64,000 bases of DNA from Patescibacteria group bacterium. GTDB taxonomy: Bacteria; Patescibacteriota; CPR2; UBA1875; CAIMLA01. Numbering within the stretch: position 1 is the stretch's first letter; the number at the start of each line of letters is the position of its first letter. The notes below the pieces were generated by a model that did no database searches, was not told the origin of the DNA, and saw only the letters and a program-made list of their open reading frames with translations. The DNA lies in assembly GCA_041738615.1 (NCBI GenBank), contig JBGSPL010000004.1, positions 1,203-65,202 of the forward strand, written 5' to 3'. A program made the position numbers and the translations under genes. Shown here piece by piece: positions 56,207 to 64,000 of the stretch.

Positions 56207-57651
56207 ACAAAGAAAAAGAGGTTGAAAACTTTATGGAGATAGTCAGTGATCCCGAAACTCGGGTTGCACTAACCACTAGAAGCCATTATTACTTTTTCTA
56301 CATCTATTTTAGTGGCTATATTCAGCACGACATCGCTCCGTTTCAAAAGCAAATGTTCGCCATTACAGAAGATAACGGCGTTCCGCTAACAGTGATTGTA
56401 AGCTTTAGAAATAGCGGTAAGTCTACTCTGATCACTATGTCTTATGTGCTTTGGGCAATTCTTGGAATACAAAAGAAGCGATTTATTTGTATTATCAGTC
56501 AAACACAGGAACAGGCACGAACACATTTCAGGAGCTTGAAAAAAGAGCTAGAGAACAATACGTTGCTGAGAGATGATCTCGGACCGTTTAGAGAAGAGGA
56601 GGAGTGGAATTCATCGACTCTGGTTCTCACAAAATATAATGCCAGAATAATGATTGCTTCACGTGACCAGTCTTTCAGAGGTGTTAGACACAGAGAAGTT
56701 CGCCCTGACCTAATTATTTGTGATGATATCGAAGACATTAACTCGGTGAGAACTAAAGAGGGTCGAGACCATACTTACAACTGGTTTAACTCAGAAGTAG
56801 TACCGCTAGGAGATTTGGGGACTAAAATAGTGGTAGTGGGTAACAAATTACATAAAGACTCTCTGATAAAAAGACTCGAAGATGAAATCATTGGTGGTGA
56901 TCGAAAAGGAATCTATCGGGAGTATCCAGTTATTAAAAGTAATGGAAAGATTCTATGGCCTGGAAAGTACCCCAACCAAGAGGCGATTGACGAGCTGAAG
57001 GCCAAAACCAGCTATTTGTCGTGGAACCGAGAATACTTACTAAGAATAATTGATGATCAGGAACCAGTGGTTGATAGGGAGTGGGTCAGGTATTACCAAG
57101 AAATTCCACCATCTAATTATGACCATCGGAGAACCTTCGCTGTTGGTATAGATTTGGCTGTATCCGAAAAGGAAAAGGCGGACTATTCCGCCTTAGTAAG
57201 TTGCGAAATCATCGGGACAGGCGATGATATGAAAATATACATATTACCAAACCCCATCAATTCAAGGATGAGGCTACCAGTGACAGCTGATACCACAATA
57301 AATCTTGTAGGATCATGGGGCGAAAGAGCCAGCTATATGGTTTATGTAGAGGACGTTGGGCAACAAAGGGGCTTGGTGCAACTTCTAGAGGATAGAGGTA
57401 TCAATGCATGCGGTGTTCTTATCGGCAGGAATGACAAGAGGACTAGGCTGGCAATTGTTTCTGAGTACATTAGATCTGGGAAGATCATCTTCCCAGAGAA
57501 GGGTGCCAACGCCCTTATGATGCAGATACTCGACTTCGGAGTGGAATCTCACGATGATCTTGTAGATGCTTTTACAACCCTGATTTTGGGAATAATGAAC
57601 AATCCGCCCGTACAATTCGTGGGTAGGATAAGATTGGGAGGGCTAATGTAA
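56203..57651 (+). CDS. Phage terminase large subunit-like
   Basis: Walker A is SFRNSGKSTL and Walker B is LIICDDIEDI. The C-terminal RNase-H-like nuclease Asp residues are in VGIDLAV and DDLVDAF. Confidence 0.7.
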   Translation: MNKEKEVENFMEIVSDPETRVALTTRSHYYFFYIYFSGYIQHDIAPFQKQMFAITEDNGVPLTVIVSFRNSGKSTLITMSYVLWAILGIQKKRFICIISQTQEQARTHFRSLKKELENNTLLRDDLGPFREEEEWNSSTLVLTKYNARIMIASRDQSFRGVRHREVRPDLIICDDIEDINSVRTKEGRDHTYNWFNSEVVPLGDLGTKIVVVGNKLHKDSLIKRLEDEIIGGDRKGIYREYPVIKSNGKILWPGKYPNQEAIDELKAKTSYLSWNREYLLRIIDDQEPVVDREWVRYYQEIPPSNYDHRRTFAVGIDLAVSEKEKADYSALVSCEIIGTGDDMKIYILPNPINSRMRLPVTADTTINLVGSWGERASYMVYVEDVGQQRGLVQLLEDRGINACGVLIGRNDKRTRLAIVSEYIRSGKIIFPEKGANALMMQILDFGVESHDDLVDAFTTLILGIMNNPPVQFVGRIRLGGLM

Positions 57652-57696
57652 AAACGTCTGGACTTTATCTCGATTCAGCGGCATCCTTGTCCCTGT

Positions 57697-58968
57697 ATGG
57701 AATACGACTACTGTTTATACGCAAGAAAATCAACTGAATCTGATGAAAAGCAGGCGCTAAGTATTGATTCTCAGATCAAAGAAATGACTGAGATCGCCAA
57801 GCGGGACGGCTTGAAAATAGTTGAGGTAAAAAAGGAAAGCCATTCTGCCAAAGAAAGTGGCACAAGGCCTGTTTACAACGAAATTATTCAGGATCTAAAA
57901 AATGACAAGTACCAGGGGCTCATTTCTTGGGATGTCTCAAGGATTGGCAGAGCAGCTGGAGATATCGGGCTTCTAATAGACCTTATGGATCAGAAACACT
58001 TATGTGAGATACGAACATACAGTCAGATGTTTACTAATTCACCAAACGACAAGTTCCTTCTAATGATACTTGGGTCCCAAGCTAAATTTGAAAATGATAG
58101 CAGGGCCATAAACGTTGTAAGAGGCATGAAAACCAAGTGCCAGATGGGCCATAGGCCTTGCATGCCGCCGTTGGGCTACCTAAACACTAAAAACCCCGAG
58201 AGGGGTATGAGTAGGATCATTCTTGACCCCAAAAGGGCTTCTATCGTTCGTGAGATGTTTGAACGGTCAGCAAGCGGTGAATCTGGGCGTGACATCATCA
58301 AGTGGGCCACTGAGCAGGGTCTAACCAACAAAAAGGGCAAATCTATACCAAATAGCACTTTCTTCAATATGATAAAGAACCCATACTACTATGGAGAATT
58401 TGAATGGCCAAAAGGCAGTGGTAATTGGTATAAGGTTGCACATAAGTCCATTATTACCAAGGAGTTATTTGACCAGGTGAGAGATAGGGTCGCTGATATG
58501 TATAAAGGTGCCTACGGCACTAAAGAATTCGACTTTACCGGCATGTTCAAGTGCGGAACCTGCGGGTGCGGGGTCAGCGCATCGGAAAAGTTTAAAAACA
58601 TAAGCGACGGGACCAGAAGAAGATACGTTTACTATGTCTGCACCAAGGGCACAAGACAGGAGTGCAAGCAGCCATACATCCGGGAAGAAGTACTCCTTGA
58701 GGAGCTGATTATGCTAATGGATAAGATAGATATAAATAAGGTCAAAGGCAAGGCTAAGCTCGAGAGAGAGATTGCAAGATATAATAAGTTTACTCAAGGA
58801 GTGATTGGACAAGGGCTTAGCGAGGTCAAAGCATCGAAGCTAGACTTAAAAACGTATGCAAAATATGTCCTAACAGAGGGCAACCGAGATGAGAAAAGAG
58901 AGCTTCTGTCCTGCCTGAATACCACCATCTACATAAATAACCGTAAATTATATACTAAGCTACAGTAA
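57697..58968 (+). CDS. Large serine recombinase (resolvase/invertase catalytic domain + recombinase domain + zinc ribbon)
   Basis: YARKSTESDEKQ...SIDSQ is the catalytic Ser region. The zinc ribbon is CGTCGCGVS...C. Confidence 0.85.
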   Translation: MEYDYCLYARKSTESDEKQALSIDSQIKEMTEIAKRDGLKIVEVKKESHSAKESGTRPVYNEIIQDLKNDKYQGLISWDVSRIGRAAGDIGLLIDLMDQKHLCEIRTYSQMFTNSPNDKFLLMILGSQAKFENDSRAINVVRGMKTKCQMGHRPCMPPLGYLNTKNPERGMSRIILDPKRASIVREMFERSASGESGRDIIKWATEQGLTNKKGKSIPNSTFFNMIKNPYYYGEFEWPKGSGNWYKVAHKSIITKELFDQVRDRVADMYKGAYGTKEFDFTGMFKCGTCGCGVSASEKFKNISDGTRRRYVYYVCTKGTRQECKQPYIREEVLLEELIMLMDKIDINKVKGKAKLEREIARYNKFTQGVIGQGLSEVKASKLDLKTYAKYVLTEGNRDEKRELLSCLNTTIYINNRKLYTKLQ

Positions 58969-58969
58969 C

Positions 58970-60454
58970 CTAAACCTTTTCTAAATATTCCCAAATTTTT
59001 ACCATGGCCATTGTGTCTAATCCACAATAATCCCAAAGGTCTTTAAGGATTTTTTCTTTCTCAAGTGGCCGTTTCTCATCTAAAACTGCCTGCATCCATA
59101 GTCTTTGAGCGAGCAATCCGTCGGATATATCTAGATCCTTATAACTTAATTCGGGTATCAAAACAGGCAGAACCTGCTTGATTGAAGCGCTTCCACCAAA
59201 TGCAGCGTCAACATAGTGAAAGTCAAAGAAGGGAATCATTAGGTCAACGAACCTTTTATTCAACTTATCGTAATAATCCGCAAATTCTGGGTGTATTTTA
59301 CCCATGTCAGTGTTACAACCCTGCTCAAACTTCATATTCCAAGCAATGATGGACCCCTTGGGGCCAATGTCTTTCATCAGAGACTCTGTTAACGGCTTGA
59401 TTGGATCACTTTTCTCAGAATGCAGGTACTCAACGTGCTTCAGTTCAGCGCCAGGCTTTTCTAGAAAATGGAGCGAGTATTGAAATGGAATCTGTTTGTT
59501 TGGGCTATAACCATCGAAGTACGGAATGACACTACCAAGAGTTTCGTAGTCTAGAAAGTAAATAGGGTATTTTATCTCAGTAAGAAATGCCGTTAGTTTA
59601 ACTTTATCGATCAATACTTTCTTCTCTTGAACTGACTGAACCTGCCATCGCTGTTTATCGGAGAGTCCCTCAAAGACGACAGGGATATCTGTAAGTTTAC
59701 TGATCGAAGCTTCTTCTAGTTTCTTGATTAACGTGGCGCTAGGATTATATAGGTCATAGATACTACCGTCGCCAGGCTTTATACCCTTAATCAATTTGTA
59801 GATTTTAATCCATTCAGAAGTACAATTGAGACCACAAACCGAGGGAGTGGGCTCGGGCATGTTTGGTGATTTAGCGGTTTCAAGGGCTCTCTTGATATCC
59901 TCTCGGGTAGCATCAATCCTTTTCTTAACTTTTTCAGTCACGTCAACCATAGTTGCTATCTCTGCAGGATTTACTTCACCCTTACGTACGTACTCACGGT
60001 TCACATGGACAATGCTAATCTTGTTTACCTTGTAGCCAGAGTCTTCGAGGACAACAGCCTGAAAGGCTAAATCATGTTCATGGTTAGTTCGGGGGCCAGT
60101 AGAAGACTTAATCTCAATTAGATCAACCTCATCTTTTCCCACAAACTGAATCACATCGAAAATACAGGTGATCTCACCAACTTCAAGGCGCCCCTGGAAG
60201 ATGGTTTTTGCACCAGACATAATAGCCTCACGTGTCCTTTGTGGCAGATCCAAATACTCTCGGTAACCTTCCCAATTGAGCTTTATTCCATCGGGAAAGA
60301 GCTTCTCTGCATATGACTCAAATAAATAGCCAGTATCAAAGAGTGCCTGCGTAGCATCATCCACTTGAGGCAGAAGTTTTGCGTTATTTTTTTTAATCCA
60401 AAGCCAAGCGGGATGCCTGAGGTACAACATATAGTCAGACTTTGATAACTGCAT
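58970..60454 (-). CDS. DUF2779-like protein: N-terminal Cas4/RecB-like PD-(D/E)xK nuclease + C-terminal RNase-H-like domain
   Basis: DLIEIKSS is the D..E.K core. A Cys cluster reads PSVCGLNC, and FLDYETL is an exonuclease-like motif. Confidence 0.4.
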   Translation of the reverse strand: MQLSKSDYMLYLRHPAWLWIKKNNAKLLPQVDDATQALFDTGYLFESYAEKLFPDGIKLNWEGYREYLDLPQRTREAIMSGAKTIFQGRLEVGEITCIFDVIQFVGKDEVDLIEIKSSTGPRTNHEHDLAFQAVVLEDSGYKVNKISIVHVNREYVRKGEVNPAEIATMVDVTEKVKKRIDATREDIKRALETAKSPNMPEPTPSVCGLNCTSEWIKIYKLIKGIKPGDGSIYDLYNPSATLIKKLEEASISKLTDIPVVFEGLSDKQRWQVQSVQEKKVLIDKVKLTAFLTEIKYPIYFLDYETLGSVIPYFDGYSPNKQIPFQYSLHFLEKPGAELKHVEYLHSEKSDPIKPLTESLMKDIGPKGSIIAWNMKFEQGCNTDMGKIHPEFADYYDKLNKRFVDLMIPFFDFHYVDAAFGGSASIKQVLPVLIPELSYKDLDISDGLLAQRLWMQAVLDEKRPLEKEKILKDLWDYCGLDTMAMVKIWEYLEKV

Positions 60455-60711
60455 GTTACTTCTTTTCTCGATATCCTTTGACGGAAAAGATTATAGTTAA
60501 AGTTAATAGGGAAACTGCTAAAAACAGAAAAACAAAAGATAGACCTAGTTCAAATAGACTGTTTTTAAAGGCTAAATCGGCAAGCTGTTCTCGGCCATCC
60601 ATAAATTGAAATGACCCGATCTTAATGGCTGCAGTCGATAGATGAACCGCCGAGAATAATATCCCTGCAGTAATACTCAGCAACCCAAGTATCTTCGCTA
60701 ATTCCAAATTT

Positions 60712-61794
60712 TTATTCATTATTTGCGGCTTCATCTACAGCTATTTTAATCCCTTCCTTGTTTTTTATCCAATGATCCGTCTTTATAACTGGCTGCTTTG
60801 TATAGTTTTCGTACGAATCAAGGATCTCAAAGTCTGTCTTTTTGGATAAAATGGCCCCTAATTTGTCCCTGAAAGCTGTGGCAACATCGCTGTCATTCAG
60901 CCAATTAAAGTTTATTTGCATGGGCCCATTTGTCCAGAGCGTAATAATGGATCTTTTTTGCGAAATAGAGGGTATTAGAAAGTTCATTGATCCAGAAACT
61001 GAGCCAGATCCCCATTCAACTCTTCCTTTTTTGCAGAAATAATCATACATATCTTTTATTTCCGAAAGCTCGCTAGCATTCAGGGTCTCCTGTGCTTTTT
61101 GGAAGAAACTGGTTTCGTCCCATTTTCGTCTTGCTGAGCCACCACTTACCCCGATGTCCTTTTTCACTTCTGCACCAAACAACTTCGGGATGATAATCTC
61201 ATTTTCTTCAAACTTGTAGTAGTCAAACTGCACAGCGTAAATATCGAATTTGCTGTTCTCGTTAACAAATAGGATCAAATCCTTTAGACGATCGTCAATC
61301 TCATCCATTAATATGATGAATTTAAACTTACCGTGGTTAAGATTCTCTTTTATTGTGTCTAAAAGCAGATCAATCACACTATCGTCTATCCCAAACTCTT
61401 GAGATATCTTCTCTCGGGTGTTCTTACTCTCCTTTTTAGTCAGATATCTGTCGGTATACTCTATGAATCGATTGAAATCTATTGACGATTTCCAAAGCGA
61501 TGCCCCGTAGTCAAGGGCTTGTGCGACAACAGTCCTTTTGTCGGCATTTTTGAATAGTTTTGTCTCAATGATATAGATGTCACCATCGCTATCAATTCCA
61601 AGGGCATCGATTGGACCGCTGCCAGTAGCGAACTCTCGCGCCATGATTAACACCTTTATGTCGTTCTTTATCTCATACAGGGGGATACTTAGCGGATTAT
61701 CGTCGATATACTTCTGCATATTATCCTCATAATCAAAGGAGGTCTTTTCTAGCTTCTTTGCATTCTTGCCATTTTTGGTAATTATAATTGCCAT
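60712..61794 (-). CDS. PD-(D/E)xK-like nuclease-family protein
   Basis: GPIDALGIDSDGDIYIIETK contains a D...D..E-x-K core. Confidence 0.35.
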   Translation of the reverse strand: MAIIITKNGKNAKKLEKTSFDYEDNMQKYIDDNPLSIPLYEIKNDIKVLIMAREFATGSGPIDALGIDSDGDIYIIETKLFKNADKRTVVAQALDYGASLWKSSIDFNRFIEYTDRYLTKKESKNTREKISQEFGIDDSVIDLLLDTIKENLNHGKFKFIILMDEIDDRLKDLILFVNENSKFDIYAVQFDYYKFEENEIIIPKLFGAEVKKDIGVSGGSARRKWDETSFFQKAQETLNASELSEIKDMYDYFCKKGRVEWGSGSVSGSMNFLIPSISQKRSIITLWTNGPMQINFNWLNDSDVATAFRDKLGAILSKKTDFEILDSYENYTKQPVIKTDHWIKNKEGIKIAVDEAANNE

Positions 61795-61891
61795 CTTGCT
61801 TCTCCATTCGTGCTCAATCTTAGCATAGTTCTGCCTAAAATGATAGTTATTGGCTGTAGAGCAACTGGCATCATTTCTTTAGTGTATAACC

Positions 61892-62110
61892 ATGGCAAAG
61901 AAAACAGCGACAAAAATAAGTTTCGGGAATAAGTTAAGGCAGGTACGCAAGGAGGCGGGAATCTCTCAAGAAGAGCTTAGCTTCAGATCGGGGCTTCACA
62001 GAACCTATATTGGTGCAATTGAAAGAGGCGAGCAAAGCGTATCTGTAGACAATATTACTAAGCTAGCACGTGCACTGAAGGTGAAAACGAAAGATCTATT
62101 TGATTTTTAG
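61892..62110 (+). CDS. XRE-family HTH transcriptional regulator
   Basis: LRQVRKEAGISQEELSFRSGLHRTYIGAIERGE is a Cro/C1-type HTH. Confidence 0.75.
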   Translation: MAKKTATKISFGNKLRQVRKEAGISQEELSFRSGLHRTYIGAIERGEQSVSVDNITKLARALKVKTKDLFDF

Positions 62111-62880
62111 CTTCTACTCGGCTTCCTGCAAACATATATTACAGTTGCGGGCAACTTTGTTGCCTTGCCAATATGGTAATGCTTTTCAGGATCCTTTTGC
62201 GAGTTATCTAAATTCTTAGGTGCTGGTTCGTGGTAGCCAACAATTTCGAAACCAGCGTCTAAAAGCAATTGAAACCAAGTCGACGTTTTTCTGTAGGTCA
62301 GGTTAGCACTACCACCCTGTTCGCGCCAGTTCTTTAGACTTATTGCCTCCTCATTGTGATAGTCATAGGCGATTACATATTTACCGTCTTCATAAACAGT
62401 ATCTGCATAGATAGAGTGATCCCAGCTCCAAATAAATTGTCCACCTGGCTTGAGATAAGAGTAGATATTCTGGAATGTCTTTTTTGGATCAACAGTCCAA
62501 CCGATCCCATATACAGAGAAAACAATATCGATGGGCTCAAGGTCTAGCTTCCCTTCCATTGCCTTTTGGATTAAAACAACTTTTCTCGCCTTAATTGCTT
62601 TCTCGTTATACAGTTTTGCTTCTTCAAGTTGCTTTTTTGAAAGGTCAACGCCATATACCTTACGAGCGCCATGATCAGCAAGGTATTTTAGTCCTCTGCC
62701 GCTACCACAACCAATTTCAAGAAAAGTTTGACCTTTTATTTTCGGTATTAGATTAAGATCATCACCAACCCCAAATGGTCCCCAAACGGGTAGCGCACTG
62801 GCATCCTTAAATAGATGGGCAACTTTATCCCAATTGTCTTGGTTATCTAGGATTATCTTTTCTTGAGCAGGCTTACCCAT
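62107..62880 (-). CDS. Class I SAM-dependent methyltransferase
   Basis: FLEIGCGSGRGLKYLADHGARKVYGVDLS covers motif I and the post-I region. Confidence 0.75.
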   Translation of the reverse strand: MGKPAQEKIILDNQDNWDKVAHLFKDASALPVWGPFGVGDDLNLIPKIKGQTFLEIGCGSGRGLKYLADHGARKVYGVDLSKKQLEEAKLYNEKAIKARKVVLIQKAMEGKLDLEPIDIVFSVYGIGWTVDPKKTFQNIYSYLKPGGQFIWSWDHSIYADTVYEDGKYVIAYDYHNEEAISLKNWREQGGSANLTYRKTSTWFQLLLDAGFEIVGYHEPAPKNLDNSQKDPEKHYHIGKATKLPATVIYVCRKPSRS

Positions 62881-63373
62881 TTGTATCCTTTGTAAAATCT
62901 CTGATTAGTTGATCTTCAGCTTCTATCCCCGTCGATTTAAACATAGATACTATTTCGGAATGTTTTTTGTAAATCATTTCTGGGGAGAGGTTTATAATAT
63001 CAAAATTAAACTGAATCTGCATGAATTCTTCTGAATTAATCTGCTTTTCAAAGTCATTATAAACAAAGTTGTCTTTTGGGTAATAGTTTGTTTGAAATTC
63101 TCTTAAGCCATAGATTTGAACACCGGGATATTTTGCGATTGAATCGAAAAGTTTGCGAGTAAATATACTAGATTTGAGAATTATCGTAAAATAACAAACC
63201 TCACCATAAGCTCCGACCTCGCAAAAGCCAGTTGTGATTGTGGGTATTTCGCCCTTCATCAAACAACCATGTTCGTCATAGTTGCCCGAAGTCATTTCGA
63301 CTTCAGAAACTTGGTGGCTATTTCTTTCTAAAAGATTTCGTAAGGACTTAATTAACTCGAGATTTTTATTCAT
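62873..63373 (-). CDS. Hypothetical protein
   Basis: A 166 aa ORF overlapping both neighbours in one operon. Confidence 0.3.
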   Translation of the reverse strand: MNKNLELIKSLRNLLERNSHQVSEVEMTSGNYDEHGCLMKGEIPTITTGFCEVGAYGEVCYFTIILKSSIFTRKLFDSIAKYPGVQIYGLREFQTNYYPKDNFVYNDFEKQINSEEFMQIQFNFDIINLSPEMIYKKHSEIVSMFKSTGIEAEDQLIRDFTKDTNG

Positions 63374-63804
63374 TTTGCTCTCACGCTCTTAATATTCTCA
63401 ATGCACATCCAAGCCGACATTGTGCCGTAGCCAGTTTTATCAATCTGAAAAGGTTCGACTTTTTCGGGGTTATTGAGAAAAATTAGGATACAGTACTTTT
63501 TGTCCTTGAATAACTCATAGTAACTGCCAGTGTCTTTTGCACCAATACCGTCGAGGTTGCCATACTTGTTTAGTATCTCTTTGACTACAACAGGATCTAG
63601 ATTATCAATCTGGAGAACCTTCTCAACACTGGCCTTAACCGTCACGGGCTCTCCCGAGTCCTTAAAATATACCGTGTCGCCAACCTTTACTTGATCCCAT
63701 GGTGCAACCTTAGATCTATACCACCTAGATTCTATTCTCTTTTGTCCTGTTAGTATCTTCTCAGTCAATCCCCAAGACTTTTTCATGATCGCAATGTGAT
63801 CCAT
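63370..63804 (-). CDS. ASCH-domain (PUA-like) protein
   Basis: The N-terminal HIAIMKKSWGLTEKILTGQKRIESRWY shows the ASCH pattern. Confidence 0.5.
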   Translation of the reverse strand: MDHIAIMKKSWGLTEKILTGQKRIESRWYRSKVAPWDQVKVGDTVYFKDSGEPVTVKASVEKVLQIDNLDPVVVKEILNKYGNLDGIGAKDTGSYYELFKDKKYCILIFLNNPEKVEPFQIDKTGYGTMSAWMCIENIKSVRAK

Positions 63805-64000
63805 TCTTGCTATTCCAAATCTTCCGGAAACACATTAAATAATTGTTTCCAAGCTTTATAAAGCGGCGACAATTCATCTCTTAGCCCAGGCAATATACCA
63901 AGATCCCTGTAGTCTCGTTCTACCTTTTCCGTAGCATATTCTCGGCCGTGTTCCTTCGAATCGTCGGTGAGATGAACGATATAATTAATGTCGGTAAAGT

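Larger units (their letters stand above)
54481..58968 (+). mobile_element. Degenerate integrated phage/satellite-like element (ParB-MTase, TerS, TerL, serine integrase; no capsid genes)
   Basis: These four genes co-occur on one strand. A defense island and nuclease genes sit on either side. Confidence 0.45.

Noticed and set aside
1-64000. CRISPR arrays and rRNA genes
   Set aside because: No regularly spaced direct repeats of 25-40 nt were seen, and no segment resembles 16S/23S/5S. Only one full tRNA, plus the fragment, was recognised by eye.

Overview
The window reads as a low-GC (about 40-45%) compact bacterial genome with a Gram-positive-type envelope, most consistent with a Patescibacteria/CPR-like (possibly Saccharibacteria-like) organism. 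That assignment is inference only. From 5' to 3' it contains four blocks. (1) 39-10269: a complete type IV pilus operon (pilN/pilO-like, pilB, pilT, pilC, major pilin, prepilin peptidase, four minor pilins). It is followed by a Xer tyrosine recombinase and an LPXTG-anchored FN3/Ig-repeat surface protein. (2) 13230-41100: a housekeeping stretch (UppP, M16 peptidase, Ndk, HAD hydrolase, tRNA-Arg(CCU) preceded by a tRNA 5'-half-like fragment, PrsA-like PPIase, GlmM, Nudix x2, Udk-like, ABC-F, SDR, Asp racemase, PyrF/PyrE). Several genes here are markedly GC-richer (about 55-60%): a GreA-C-like protein, a MoaA-like radical SAM plus Tmk-like kinase, and pyrF/pyrE. That points to horizontal acquisition from a high-GC donor. 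(3) 25159-29775: an unusual nucleotide-enzyme cluster. A MoaA-like radical SAM enzyme and two diverged thymidylate-kinase-family paralogs bracket an AT-rich CYTH (triphosphate-tunnel) gene and a large GHMP-kinase-like gene. Both paralogs are followed by the same covarying RNA hairpin. I rank this as the best candidate for an undescribed nucleotide-modifying system, possibly antiviral and viperin-like. (4) 42546-63804: a defense/mobile island on the minus strand. It holds a HEPN + DUF3800 pair and a six-gene operon (GHKL-ATPase, Z1 ATPase, PD-(D/E)xK, AIPR-like, Dcm C5-methyltransferase, Mrr-like endonuclease). Next comes a degenerate integrated element (ParB-fused DNA methyltransferase, small and large terminase, large serine recombinase) and further nuclease-like, XRE, methyltransferase and ASCH genes. 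No rRNA and no CRISPR array were seen. All functional calls come from motifs recognised by eye in the translations; no database search was run.
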